DNA of 64,000 nt from Octopus bimaculoides. Its lineage: Eukaryota. The position numbers and the translations under genes are program-made. The DNA lies in the NCBI RefSeq assembly GCF_001194135.2, contig NC_068989.1:51937230-52001229 (forward strand), in the 5' to 3' direction. Shown in pieces: positions 39,401-53,579 of the stretch; the stretch's first letter is position 1; every line of letters begins with the position of its first letter. The notes beneath the pieces were generated by a model. The model was not told the DNA's origin and ran no database searches. It worked only from the letters and a program-made list of their open reading frames with translations.

Positions 39401-40556
39401 CCTATAATTTGTAGAGGTATTGAGCATTCTGAACAAAACAATACATCAGTTACATTTACTTTATTCCAGAGGAAGTGCTTTATAAGTGGGTAATCTTTTA
39501 AACAAACAATTCACTGTTTGCAAATTTCGTCCCGTTTATACACTTTACTCCGGAGATAGACACACCTAGAATGTCATTATTAATTCTTAAAATTTTCTTT
39601 CCTGAACAATAACTTTGTTCGAGAAGGAATCCAGTCTTGTTGTATTTTCAGGTTGTTACTCTCTATCTCACACGTTCTCATCTTGGCTCTTTGCTCTCAC
39701 TTCTCACTCTCACACTTCCTTTCTCTCTTTCTCTCTCTCTCTCTCTCTGTATATATATATANNNNNNNNNNNNNNNNNNNNNNNNNNNNNNNNNNNNNNN
39801 NNNNNNNNNNNNNNNNNNNNNNNNNNNNNNNNNNNNATATGACAAGATCTAAATAATGGTCATTACATATTTTTCTAAGTTACAGTAAATTTGACTTACA
39901 ATTGTTTCCAGTAGTCGTTAAAGGCACGCTGATAGGTTTACTTACTGCTCTATCGATCAGGTGAGAAAATTTGAACGACATAAAAAAAATGTAAACCTGC
40001 TTTCGTCAGAGCCATTTTTGGTAATAGCAAAGCAAAGCAGAACACTGAAGGAATATACGTGTATGGAGAAGAGAAGAAAAGAGAGCTAATAGCACGTAGA
40101 ATAAAGAAAAGCAGAAGACACTTCGCAATAAGGTGAACAGAAAGAACAAAAGAGCAGGAGAAGGGCTTACTTAATAGAAGGAGAGGGATGGCGTGGTCAA
40201 AATTTTGGAAAAGGACAGTCATAAAACTTTAGTGTTTGTAGTCTGATCAACACATACGAAAATATTTGATTTGCTTTTAGATTAGGTACACTCCAAATAT
40301 GTTGAAATTTGATATGCGCCATTTACACACATGGCCAAATTAAGTCCTTCATATATGGACGTTGATGCTATCAGGTATAGTAGGGGAATACATACTAACA
40401 TACATATATGTGTGCGTGTATGTGTTCGCGTGTGTAATGTAAGTACATTTCACAACAATACACACATACACACAAACACACATATATACATATATATGTA
40501 CATATGTGTAAGTGTGTATGTACTGTAAGTATATTTCACAACCATACACAGCTACG

Positions 40557-40594
<38 letters not shown>

Positions 40595-41519
40595 NNNNNN
40601 NNNNNNNNNNNNNNNNNNNNNNNNNNNNNNNNNNNNNNNNNNNNNNNNNNNNNNNNNNNNNNNNNNNNNNNNNNNNNNNNNNNNNNNNNNNNNNNNNNNN
40701 NNNNNNNNNNNNNNNNNNNNNNNNNNNNNNNNNNNNNNNNNNNNNNNNNNNNNNNNNNNNNNNNNNNNNNNNNNNNNNNNNNNNNNNNNNNNNNNNNNNN
40801 NNNNNNNNNNNNNNNNNNNNNNNNNNNNNNNNNNNNNNNNNNNNNNNNNNNNNNNNNNNNNNNNNNNNNNNNNNNNNNNNNNNNNNNNNNNNNNNNNNNN
40901 NNNNNNNNNNNNNNNNNNNNNNNNNNNNNNNNNNNNNNNNNNNNNNNNNNNNNNNNNNNNNNNNNNNNNNNNNNNNNNNNNNNNNNNNNNNNNNNNNNNN
41001 NNNNNNNNNNNNNNNNNNNNNNNNNNNNNNNNNNNNNNNNNNNNNNNNNNNNNNNNNNNNNNNNNNNNNNNNNNNNNNNNNNNNNNNNNNNNNNNNNNNN
41101 NNNNNNNNNNNNNNNNNNNNNNNNNNNNNNNNNNNNNNNNNNNNNNNNNNNNNNNNNNNNNNNNNNNNNNNNNNNNNNNNNNNNNNNNNNNNNNNNNNNN
41201 NNAATATAAAGAAAACAAAAGATGTCTTCCTGTTTTTTCTTTTGCTTTTAGTTCTTTCCTTTTATATTCTTTGTCCTTTCTTTTTATATGCTTTGGGTCC
41301 TATTTAGAATATATTCCTGTCATACATTTATTTATTTATTTATTTTTTGTAAGGTTTAGTTCTGCATGTGAGTATATTAATATAATACTTGTAAATTTTA
41401 AAAATCGAATTAGTAAAATCAATTAGTAAAAATAACTATATATATCATATCACACATATATACACATATATACATACACAACGTATTCCTTGTTTTTCTT
41501 TTTTCTCTTTCAAACATTT

Positions 41520-42178
41520 AACTTTGGGGAAAAAGTTTTTATGAAGAGTAGTTCCATTGCCTTTCAGTATTGTGGATCGTCCCGTGTACATTTATAAAAG
41601 GGAAAGATTTTGAACTTTCCGTCTCCGCATATTTCCAGATGTTTACTTAATGGAATCATTCTTAGTTCTTCTTGTCGGATATGTTGCCTGTGAATTATTG
41701 CACGTTGACAGAGTGCGTTATTCGTTTCGCCAATGTAATTTTCTTTACAGTTTGGACAGGCGATGCAGTATATGAGATTTTGTGTTTTGCAGTTCATATC
41801 TGCATTTATTTTAAAAATAGATCCGTTCTTGAATTTTATGTGGGAACCACTTTCTATGTATTTGTAGTTGTTGGTATTGTTACACGTTCCACATCTCCTA
41901 TCACCACATTCTTTTACTATGAATTCTGGTTTAGTCTCTGATCTGAATTCTGCCCTTGTCAGGTGTTTTTTAAGGTTTTTTGGTTGGCGTCTGCTATTCC
42001 GTAAGGTGTTTTTTTCAATCAGAGTTTTCATCTTAGGGCTTTGAAGGAGTATAGGCAGGTTCGATTTTATGACGTGGAATATGTTAGTTATTTTATTGAC
42101 AGAATTAAACAAACAATGGCTTGAAACGGCGTTCAACCTGCGACACCCCACATAGTTGCATACCAATCTACATACCAA
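41520..42178 (-). mobile_element. Penelope-like element 3' fragment, Neptune-type GIY-YIG endonuclease with Cys-rich linker
   Basis: ORF 41564-42178: RQPKNLKKHLTRA, CGDRRCGTC, NLIYCIACPNCKENYIGET, R..IHRQHI, PLSKHLEIC. Confidence 0.9.
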
Positions 42179-42870
42179 CGACTACATATACATGTAGATA
42201 AAACGAGGCAGTAGTTTTTCCTTCCCTTAGTTTTATTGTCCTTGAGAGAACACGGTTCTCGATGCATTTTCGCTGAAATGTGATGGAATTAACGTTCCCC
42301 ACACTCAGTTATTTCTTTTCTTCTATATTATATCCTTTCCTCCCTAGCACGAATGTCTCATAAAGCATACATATGCTTTCACATGATCTAAGATATCTGT
42401 TAATATTATTAAGTCAGAAAAGTATCTCCTTCATTCTAATGTTTGTATTTTGATGTAATAGATAGGAGGAGATATTTGGAAAAACAGTATAGTATATAGG
42501 TCAAGTGCAACAGGTATTAGTACACAGTCACAAAAACTGAAAACGATTTTTGATATTATTTCAAAATATTAAAATCATATACATAAGTAAAAAATTCGAT
42601 TGAAAATGGTCCTACAATTCCTGTCTTCCAAAGGCAGGGGAAATGCCAAATTATATCTTTCAATACGCTAGCTTAATTATTTCTTAACTATCAAACACTT
42701 GTCAACGGTGATTGTTATATTGAAAAGAAAAAAAAAAACGCATCGTGCAATTATCACAGTTGTCAGTTATAAATAATTAGGAATCTATTCTGCGATAATT
42801 GCTTATCGTCAGTCAATTCATTCCTGATCAAGAATCTATAGAGACACACACACACACACACACGCACACA

Positions 42871-42957
<87 letters not shown>

Positions 42958-43149
42958 GTGTTTGAAGATATATACATGTACATAAATGTGTATCTCTGTA
43001 TGTGTATATGTGTATGTATAAATGAATACACACATAAATACATGCATATATGCATGCATACGTACATACATACATCCATACATATATATATATATATTCA
43101 AAATCGGTACAAGTACGTAACGGATGAGATGGAGGTTATAAAAACGGAT

Positions 43150-43700
43150 AGGAAAACTAGGACGGAACATCCGTGTCTCTCTATTTATCAGTCAGGCTTA
43201 CAATCAACATTACAGTTTCGGCCGGTTACACTTGCGACTGTTCAAAATTGGTAGGCTCCAAAAATCTAAGCTAAGAGTATAAAAATTTGGGAAGAAAGTG
43301 AGCGAAACTGTGCGACAACACGGACAAAAAAATGAGAAAACAGAAAATGTTACACGATTAGAAACACAAACAAGAAGGCGGTGAGCTGGCAGAAACGTTA
43401 GCACACCGGGCGAAACGCTTAGTGTTATTTCGTCTGCTGCTACGTTCTGACTTCAAATTCCACCGAGGTTGACTTTGCTTTACATCCTTTCGGAGTCGAT
43501 TAAATAAGTACCAGGTACGCACTGGGGTCGATATAATCGACTGAATCCGTTTGTCTGTCCTTGTTTTTCCCTTCTCTGTGTACCCTTTGTGGGCAGTAAA
43601 GAAACACAAACAAGAAGAATAACAACAGGTTTCTTTCGACTAAAAGGACAAGTTACGTTAAGATGACGTGTGAAGAGGAAGCCTTGTGGCAACAAACATA
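43150..43700. mobile_element. Unclassified interspersed repeat, copy B, interrupted by a SINE
   Basis: Collinear with 31985-32295 once the SINE and one TSD copy are removed. Confidence 0.65.
43378..43600 (+). mobile_element. Near-complete tRNA-derived SINE with a 17-bp TSD
   Basis: gcggtgagctggcagaaacgttagc...gttctgacttcaaattcc...aagtaccagg; TSD gaaacacaaacaagaag at 43361-77 and 43601-17. Confidence 0.9.
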
Positions 43701-46061
43701 ATTGATTATCATTAGCATTCGGTATCATTAAGTTCTGAACCACATTAGGCTTAAATAATCAGGTATGATAAATTACACAAGACTTCAACATATTATTCAT
43801 ATCGTTTGGAGGGCTGCAATTATCCATTATTTTAACTATACACAATTAATGCAAATATGTAACTGATCACGCATAACTATTTAAGCGTATTATCGTTTTG
43901 AAGTGGAAAGCCAATGAAACAATTGCAACCGGTGTGAAACTTATGTTGGTCATAATTACTCATTATGCAGAGATATAGAACCAAAGCTTAAACACATATC
44001 TATGAATGCACACACACACACACGCGCACGCACGCACACGCACACACGCACACACACACACAAACATATAATATTTCGGTACTGTAAATGTGTAAACTGT
44101 AACTGATATGAAGTTACGAAGTGGAATATCTAGGATGTAGGCAAATATGTGATATAATTTTCTCACACAACTTTATTAATATTCATAATCTGTTTTGTTT
44201 ACTTTTCGCTAATTCTATACATTATTCCCTTCTCAATATTCGGCTGCAACATTCGGCGAACCAAATATCTTTCATGCATTAGCTTCGATATGCCATTAAT
44301 TTCATGTTGTGTATCTCCGCTAACAACGTGTATGTAGTTGTTATGACATGTCTTAGTGTGCAAACGTCTCTACAGTATATCATCTGATATATCGTTCATT
44401 TTATCTTAAGGACTCTGACCAGGGCTGCATCCGGTCTACTGGCAACAGCAATAGAGATTTGAGAAATGTTTTTCATGAATGTCACCATTGTACTTAGGTT
44501 TACGGTTTTAGATTAATTCAGCTTTTTTGAAAAAGTTTGTGTTCAGCTCGCTTCTCATCAATTCAAACTTGAACCTTAGTATTCAGAGCTCATGTTACAG
44601 CTCTGAATACAAAATTATACAAAAAAAAAAAAAACTACTTATATATCCCATAAATCAAAAAGAAATATTAAACAGTATTATTGGAAAAAACTCAACCCTA
44701 ATCTAGTCGAAGTTTTGGTTTTAACACAGATGATAAACTTATTACTATTAACTTAGTGTTAAATAAGGTATCGGCTAACATTGAATATCAATTGAATTAA
44801 TATAGAAATACATATTTTTTGAAACAACAATAAAAAATAATTTAACAATATTAATAAAGATAGAAGCAATACTTATCTCACGATGCGATAGTTTAAACTA
44901 AAAATTTTAGACGTCAAACTCAGAAATAGAACGTTTATTAAAAAGAAGTTGCATGAAGATATTCCGTAAAGAAAAAGAATAGAATAAAGAGATATAAAAA
45001 CATGAATGAAAGTTTTCTTTATATAATCATAAAAATACAAGAATATAAATATAAAAAATAAAGTGTAAGGAAACCAGAACAGAGTCCATTTAGGTCCATC
45101 TCTACGATCGTTTCAAAGGATGCTGCGTGACATCGTTAATGTATAATCCATTAAGGAAATCCAACGGCAACTACTTTTCATTAGGAGAAACCTTTACCTT
45201 TCTGGTTACCCTTTTAGGTTTCATCACCTTTAATTCGGTTGTTTTGATGGATTGGAATGTTTATTCATTATACATAAGTTCTGATAAAATGGATATATAT
45301 GGATATTTTAAAAACAGAATCCCACGTTTCATATATATAAGGAAAATAAGGAAAAGAAAATGGAGATTGGGAAGTTAATACTTGTTTATTATTAACAACA
45401 AATCAAACAGAATCCCTTACATCTGTTTCAATTAATATTCAGTGAATTTGTTGAATATTAAATTCATATAACTTGCGAATAATATCTTCAGGAAGAAACA
45501 TATACCTTTCGATGTTATGTTTTGTATGTGTTAATGTAATTAAAGCAAACTGAATAATATTTATGATTTGTATTTTTATATGTTCGGGCAAGGGGTTTGC
45601 AGGTTGATTGGAGGCAAGAGAGAAAGTAGATAAATAGAATTAGAGTAATAGATGAGTAAATTAAATAAACATAATAGAGGAAATTTAAATACACAAAGGG
45701 TAAGAATGCAATAAACGTTTATAAGGTATAAATAAACTTAAGAAAAGGTGTACACATGCAAGTACGCACGCATACACATATATACATATGTGCATCCATA
45801 CGTCCATACATTTACACAAAGACACTCGCATATACGTATACATACATCCACACATATCTGCGCATATACGTATATACGCATATATGCACATATAAAACTA
45901 TGCTCGAAAACATTTGTAGGTATGCAAATTCACACATACATATATATGTACATGTGTGTGTGTGTGTGTGTGTGCATATATATATACGTTTACACTTTTA
46001 CCCATCACCCCTAAGAAGAATTGAAATATAGTGCTATGTTATATGTATGTATATATATGTA

Positions 46062-46098
<37 letters not shown>

Positions 46099-46108
46099 NN
46101 NNNNNNNN

Positions 46109-46420
46109 TTACGTTTCGACTCTCTTCGACAGAACGGAACACAGAAATAAACAAAGAGAGAAAATAGATAAAGGTTTAGTGGCTAGCGATTTATTATATA
46201 TAAATATATATATACACACACATATAGTGAGAATTTACAAAAGACAAAAGACGAAGACGCGTGTGTGAACAGCAAACAGATGTTTTAGTTTAACGCTCTG
46301 GTGGTGAGAAAGTCTTTTACGTTTCGACTCTCTTCGACAGAACGGAACACAGAAATAAACAAAGAGAGAAAATAGATAAAGGTTTAGTGGCTAGCGATTT
46401 ATTATATATAAATATATATA
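46109..46420 (-). repeat. 1.5-unit tandem repeat (period 208 bp) carrying a hammerhead-like GAAGA..GAAACGTA motif
   Basis: 46109-46212 is identical to 46317-46420; minus strand reads tgtcgaagagagtcgaaacgtaa. Starts at a 10-N gap. Confidence 0.8.
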
Positions 46421-48602
46421 CTTATGTATGTTAACATATACAAATATGCAAGTATACATACAAGTGTGCGCGTATGTATTTGTCAATGTTCATTTATGCA
46501 TACACACCCACATATATATCAAGATAGAGAAGGAAATGCAAAAGTATAGAGAGCAGCACATATGATTGATTCTTCAACTTGCATTCTATTTATACGCAAA
46601 ATATCTATTATGTACATATCTATTTTGATATGTGTATATGCTTATACCTACGTGGATATAATTGTTGACGTCATATTTTCATGCATAAAGGAAATATATA
46701 CTTAATGATATATATATATATATATATATATACACCATGATGCGTAGCATGTGGACCATTCATAGCTTATACCATGAATGAATTCGATTCCTCTTCTTCA
46801 TCTTATTTTCCTTTAGGCAAGAATTTTTGTTAGAAAGAGCTGTTTCGTATATTTATTATTTGATTTGTAAATGGCATGAGGATAACTAATGGAAACATGA
46901 AATCTTACAACACCAACATTTTCATGGCGTTATATGCAAGGAAAACAAAATGAAAGCCACTGGTGCTAGAATTATTCGCTGAATGTCCAATAAATAGAAT
47001 ACGTTTACATGCTGTCAGAATATAGGAAATGTGTGCAACTAATAAGCATATCGCCTATATTATTCGGTATCAGGAACGTGAGTTTATTCTGCGTTTTTGC
47101 TACATTCAATACAATAATACTGAGACGCTTTCGAGGAAGTAAACTATCAGCTTTAATTTGATTTAGAGTTTCAAGTTTGATTATAATCATATGAATATAC
47201 ATGTGTGAGAGTGTGCTCATGTGTTATTCTGCAAGTGATCATATAAACGTTTAGATATATGAGCAAACATTTCTTTAAATCATACACAGTAAGGCCTGTA
47301 ATAACAATATCGTACAGTACGTACTATAGACCTAAAATATTCTCAACACAATGGAACGATGTGTCTGGAGTAGATTTCATTATATATATATGATCAATAT
47401 ATATATGAGTAAAAGTATAAAAGAAACAGCAAAGACATTAAAGAAAAACAAAAATTGCCGAACACTGATATGTTTAAAAAAATTCTTAAATACAGTATGT
47501 ATTTTCGGTGAGATCTAAATCATAATTGCGAATGCCGAGCCACAGTAATACAGAAATCTAATTCTTGAAATAGGTAAAGAAAAACATATTTATTTGATTG
47601 ATTTACTGTATATGTTTTAACAATCAGTGCTAGTATTCATAAGTCGGTTGTAAAGCATATTTTGAAACGAAAGATATTGAATATAGAATATATTATGATA
47701 TGCTTATCGTGCATTATTGGCAGAGTCTAAAGTATGTTGAACTTACCGTGTGGTCAGTAATCTATTCGTACGAAACACTAGAAACATTTATCAATATCAC
47801 TTATACGCTTTTCGTTCAACTCATCTAATTAAATTGAGAAAGCATAAATCTTATTCCATCTCATTTTACTTCCTACAGAAAATTAAAGCCTTAAGACGAT
47901 GTTTAAAGAAAGCGAGATTGCTTAGACATATAGTCGATGTTTTCTTGGAGCAAATATATGCTTATTTGATTGGATGTTCTCTCGTGAAGCTCTACCTTTT
48001 ACTTAATACACAAAAGTAATATAATGAATGCAAAGTTCTAAACAGCATAATTAAATACATGAGATAAATATTGCAATGCATACATATAAATATATATATC
48101 TTTGTGTATGTATATATACACACACACATACACACACGCACTTACTCACACACACACATATATATACATATATAAATAGTTAGATAGATAGATAAATAGA
48201 TACATACATACATGCATAGAGATAAACAGATACATTCATACATACATAGAGATACATAGATAGATAGATACATAGATAGATAGCAGTACATATATAATGG
48301 TAGAATATATGACATCTATATATAGTTATCAAATTACACTTAATATATGTACACATACACGCATATACACACACACGCACACACACACATATATATGCCT
48401 GCGTGCGTATGTGTATGTGTGCGTGTATAAGTACATAAAGTGCAATTTATTATATACACTTTCGTATTTACTTCAGTGTAATCAGTATTGTTTATTTCTG
48501 ATTGTGTGAAGTTTGCCTTTCAAAATATGAGATGTCGAATTTGTGTATAGAGCCCCACGAGCATAACTAATTAGCTAGGTTGCTTGAGACAGAAACTCAT
48601 CA

Positions 48603-48642
<40 letters not shown>

Positions 48643-51600
48643 CACAAGTGCAGAGATATACACATGGCTATGTGTGAAAGAAACGTCCTGTAATAAACTA
48701 AAGCCTTTAGCGGTAATAGGGTATTATATTAATTTAAATACATTCCTTCAATATATTCTATGGGAAATATTATTTAGGAAATCTTCCTTCATTTTGTTGG
48801 AAAATAGTATGAAGGAAGATTTCCTAAAAACCATTTCACAATTTAGTGACGATTCGTAATTGCTTCCTTAAGCAGTAACATATTTCATAATCAGATTCCC
48901 TATTATGAAGTTAAAAGTTACATTAGGACTGCATAAGTAAATTTAACTTTGCACTCTGTGCTTTAGACACCTCGTTATATATTTTATGTACAACAAAGCA
49001 TATATGAGGAGAAAAATCTACATAGATTTGATATATAAGTCAAAGAGTAGAAGTATATTCTACGCTTGCTGTCTTTGGATTAAAGTCAAGGAGATAGTTG
49101 GTAGATCTGCTACGGTCAAAGAACCTCTGGACGCATAAATGGCTGCGCGACCAGTAGCAAACATTCTTCTTTGATAGAGTAAGCAAGTTTAAGGACTGTT
49201 AAAAGAATGCATAGAAAAGTAAGAAGACTTGGTCGACAAATAATGTAACTGTTCAACTTCTGCTTTTCTTGTAATAATTTACAACAACATGAGTACGTAT
49301 AATGTTATACTTACCCTTGTATAACAACCACATGTAAATATATATATGCACTAAAGAATGATTTAGAACAGAAACAAGCCAAAAATGTGCAATTTTATTG
49401 TCTTTTCAAAAATTGTTTCCCATGATGCCACGTGGTCAACAGAATATTAACAGTGGAGTCTGTTAAATCTATTTTGGCACTTGAATGTTTTATATATTTA
49501 TTTGAAAGACAGATGTATATTCATGAGAATGAAGTATTCCGGATATGAAAGGGTTCTCTAATACAGCACCAGCTATCATATTCGGTTTTCAGAGATCAGA
49601 TTGGTAGACTGTTTAGAGATTTTGCTAAAATATATAGTATTTCTTTCGGAATTTTGTTCTCTGGGTTCAAATAATGCCGCAGTCAAGTTTAACTATATTA
49701 TTCCAAGGTCAAAATAATAAAATGCCTAGGAAGATATGTTAACTCAACTAAGTTCATTGCCTAACATTTCTGGTATTGTGTCTATGTTAGAAAAATTATA
49801 AATATGTTAATCTCGAGCATTTTGTACATTTTCACCAGAGTCACTCACTTTGACAGATATGAGTCTCCTAAATGATACATCATGGAGTTGACTTCATTCG
49901 TGTTTCAACTCAAAACTACTAAAAAAATGTAGTTACTGGGTGAAGATTACTTCGCCGTTGTGAGTAAGAATAATAGAATCAACCCTGCTCCATATGCTTT
50001 GAACTTCAAATGTAAAATCATTTAATAGGGCGCTCTGTCGATTCAGATATTTTAAACATAGTTACACAACCATTTTCTTTTTGTCGGTTATAAACGTTCA
50101 ACGCTACTTATACCTTTAGCGTTAAGAATAAAATTGAAATAAGACACACGTGGATTGAACTCAGATCATGTTATAGAATGAGTTAACTAAAATTCCAGAA
50201 ACTATAGTGCTTACGTATCTATCATTTTTGGCATTCTTCGGCAAAATGTAACAATACGAATGGAAGATAGTTTATTCATTTCTTTTTTTTATATATAGAA
50301 ATGTATCATAATAATTTCTGAATTACTGCTTTATTTCTTGTCTATAAATTAAAAGAACACAAATAACTACAAGCAAAGGTTATACATAGTAAATTTAAAA
50401 TCTTTTGAATAATTTAGCATTTGAACTGAAGATTTAGCTCAAGCAAGTTCACGCAATAATTATAATTCCTACAGATATTTATGGACGTTGAACTTTTGAC
50501 GTTCCCATCCGTTGTATTGAATACATTTCAGTTAGGATGGACCTGAACTAGATCCAAATTTGTCTCGTTTAATTTCATTTAACGGAGGTCGATCTGATGC
50601 AGAATTAAGAACTCTAAAATAGATAATAATTATTGATAATAACATAAGAGCCAATAGTCCTGCTAATTCAGTGTACAGTGTATTTTAACGTGCCACATTC
50701 TTGCTATTGGATGAATGAAATAAACGCCAGAACCAGTAGGGTCTTGTTAAAAGAGAATAGATTTGATAAGATTTATTAATATAGATTCAATGGAGGTGAA
50801 AGATGTTGCTTTAGTGAATTTACATTTAATGTTTTAGCTGATTTGAATAATGTGAATTATTTCTTTCATGGGCGAAATATTCACTTTCTAATACAATTAT
50901 GACTTTAAAGAAAACATTCAAATTATGGTTAATCATCTTTAGCTCATTTGAATATTCTAGAATATATAATTGCACATTTAAGGAGGTTTCTTTGGAAAAG
51001 ATATCCATGCTTATCTCCTGCCTAATCAATTGATCCAAGTTCAAATTTTGCAAGAAACCAAATTATCATGCTGTGGTACATTAAACATTCCTTGGAAACT
51101 TCATGTTTCTAATAGTAATAACTGTTATGCCGTATAAGTTAATTCTGTTCCTTTTTGCAGTTATGTAAATAGAATACTTTCAGTTTATTCATTTACCTAT
51201 GAACTGAAAGTTACAAGAACTCTCATGATAATCTTTAAGTAATAATAAACGTTAGGAAAATTGCTGAGAAGCTAGAACGAACTGATTTCGTTTAATGTCT
51301 AACTGAACATTTTATCGACTCTTAACAACTATTTATATCCCGGCTCTCAATGCAAGACTTGACAGATGGCAACCATTAAACGTCACTCAAATTAACTCTA
51401 ATCAAATGTAACTGTTTAAAATCAGTTCCAGTCTAGTGCTTACTCCGCTGGTGGTGTGCGATAAACAGAAAGCTACTAGCTAGAATACGAAATATTCACA
51501 ATTTACAACAAATGAGAATAATATTAATCATTATTAATGAAATTCACCATAAATGATTTCGTTTCACTTGCAGCGGCATGCTTCTATCTCAAACCCATTA

Positions 51601-51764
51601 AATATAAGTTATTACTGTTTTAAAATTTAGTATCAAAAGACTGATTATTTAACAGTAACAACGACAGATATTGGGTAAATGTAATACAAGATATAAGAAT
51701 TATAACACATGTAGCAACATAACGGGATACAAACAATGAGGAAACAACTAAAATACTAAAATAT

Positions 51765-51804
<40 letters not shown>

Positions 51805-51850
51805 TAGATAGATAGATAGATAGTGGGATGCTCTTAGTATTTGGGTGTTT

Positions 51851-51886
<36 letters not shown>

Positions 51887-51889
51887 GGT

Positions 51890-51932
<43 letters not shown>

Positions 51933-52388
51933 AGTGTGTATGTGTCTGAGTGCTACCAGATAAATGTGAACCACTTCAAACAGTTAGATAGATAAATAAT
52001 CCTTAACTAAACTGGCAGTTCCAAGGAGAACACTTCGTCATGAAGCTCATTTAGGGTACTCGTTACGTTGAAAACAATAATATTCAAACTGCGTATTAAA
52101 TCCGACGAGTCAATGACGACCAAATAAAAAATGACATGATGAGTGTATTTGTGTGAATGTTTTACAGTCAGTGTTATGTTCGCATTTCATTCAAATAAAG
52201 CCGGAGCGAAATAAGTATTGTTGGTTCGAAAAGATAGAGCAGTGCCCGTGTCGGCAAAAATGCCGACATTTTGATTGATGATTGATGGCAAATCAAGTGA
52301 ATAAAGAAAATGGCCAGCAATCTAGGAAATATATGTCCATATAAAGAATTGAAGCACTTGAAGAATCAGATAGCATTGAAACAGATAG

Positions 52389-52451
<63 letters not shown>

Positions 52452-52452
<1 letters not shown>

Positions 52453-52727
52453 GACGAGAGTTCCAGTTGATCCGATCAACGGAACAGCTTGCTCGTGAAA
52501 TTAACGTGCAAGTGGCTGAACACTCCACAGACATGTGTACCCTTAACGTAGTTCTCAACGATATTCAGCGTGACATAGAGTGTGACAATGCTGACACTTT
52601 GAATTACAGGCACAGCAGAAAGAGAAAGTAAGAGTGAGAGATAGTTGTGGTGAAAGAGTACGGCAGGGTTCGCCACCATCCCCTGCCGGAGCCTCGTGGT
52701 CCTTCAGGTGTTTTCGCTCAATAAACA
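52452..52727. mobile_element. SINE body fragment, head absent
   Basis: gatccgatcaacggaacagcttgctcgtgaaattaacgtgcaagtggctg...cagggttcgccaccatcccctgccggagcctcgtgg; recalled as an abundant octopus repeat, not verified. Confidence 0.6.
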
Positions 52728-52729
52728 AG

Positions 52730-52960
52730 TGAAAAGCACTTATGTACTATGGGACATTGGTGGAAAGCTAATCAAGAGCTGAGAAGTGACCAACTACTAT
52801 ATATGCTAAAGCATGGCCATACTGGAGCAGGTCGTCCGAACACAAGGCATGTAGACACTTGATGCCTCTCAGAAAACCTCCCTCAATGCACAACAGAAAT
52901 TGCAGGGTAAAAATGTCCGGGCGAGTTCGATCAGATGATGAAATACTTTGGACCAACAAA
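52730..52960 (+). mobile_element. RTE-like LINE 3' fragment
   Basis: MGHWWKANQELRSDQLLYMLKHGHTGAGRPNTRHVDT matches the RTE C-terminal pattern GHCWR..EL.SD.LLW.P.HG...GRP. Confidence 0.6.
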
Positions 52961-53224
52961 AAATTCCACATCCAGTTAATGATAAACATTTAGTATACAC
53001 AGAATTTGAAAAATAGTTTCATACTGTAGAGATTCAAGTGTTTGACAAATATATAAAATATCATGCGTCTCCAAGAAAATCTTTGACGTTCAGTGAAAAC
53101 TATTAGATATATTTAAAAACTAGGACTCTAGTCTATGATAAAAATTGACAGAACATTACTTTCTTTGTATACTGGCCAAATGATAAAAAATGGTCTGCGT
53201 TTTGAATATATATATCTTCTTTTT

Positions 53225-53419
53225 TTACTGGTTTCAGTCATTCGAGTGCGGCCATGCTGGAGCACAACATTTAGTGAACAAATCGAAACCAGAACTTATT
53301 CTTTGTAAGCCCAGTACTTATTCTATCGTACCCTGTTACCGAACTGTTAAGTTACGGTGACGTAAACACATCAGCATCGGTTATTAAGCGATGGTAGCGC
53401 GACAAACAGACACACAAAC

Positions 53420-53454
<35 letters not shown>

Positions 53455-53560
53455 CATACACACACACACACGCACACACATACACACACACACACATACG
53501 ACGGGCTTTGTTCAGTTGCAGCCAACCAAATCCACCCACAAGGCTTTGGTTATCCCAAGA
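53225..53560 (-). mobile_element. SINE body with internal (CA)n (likely the family of the 35.5-kb head)
   Basis: ttcagtcatt.gagtgcggccatgctggagcac...acgacgggct...aaatccacccacaaggctttgg; family assignment is from recollection. Confidence 0.6.
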
Positions 53561-53579
53561 TACCACAAATAATTAAATT

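Noticed and set aside
39990-40012. Minus-strand CTGACGAAAGC
   Set aside because: No stem II or GAAA follows.
49300-51250. Coding-like fragments on the minus strand (SGVYFIHP, SVKVSDSG, VLNSASDRPPLNEIKR)
   Set aside because: Frequent stops in all frames, and the motifs point to unrelated families; no coherent model.
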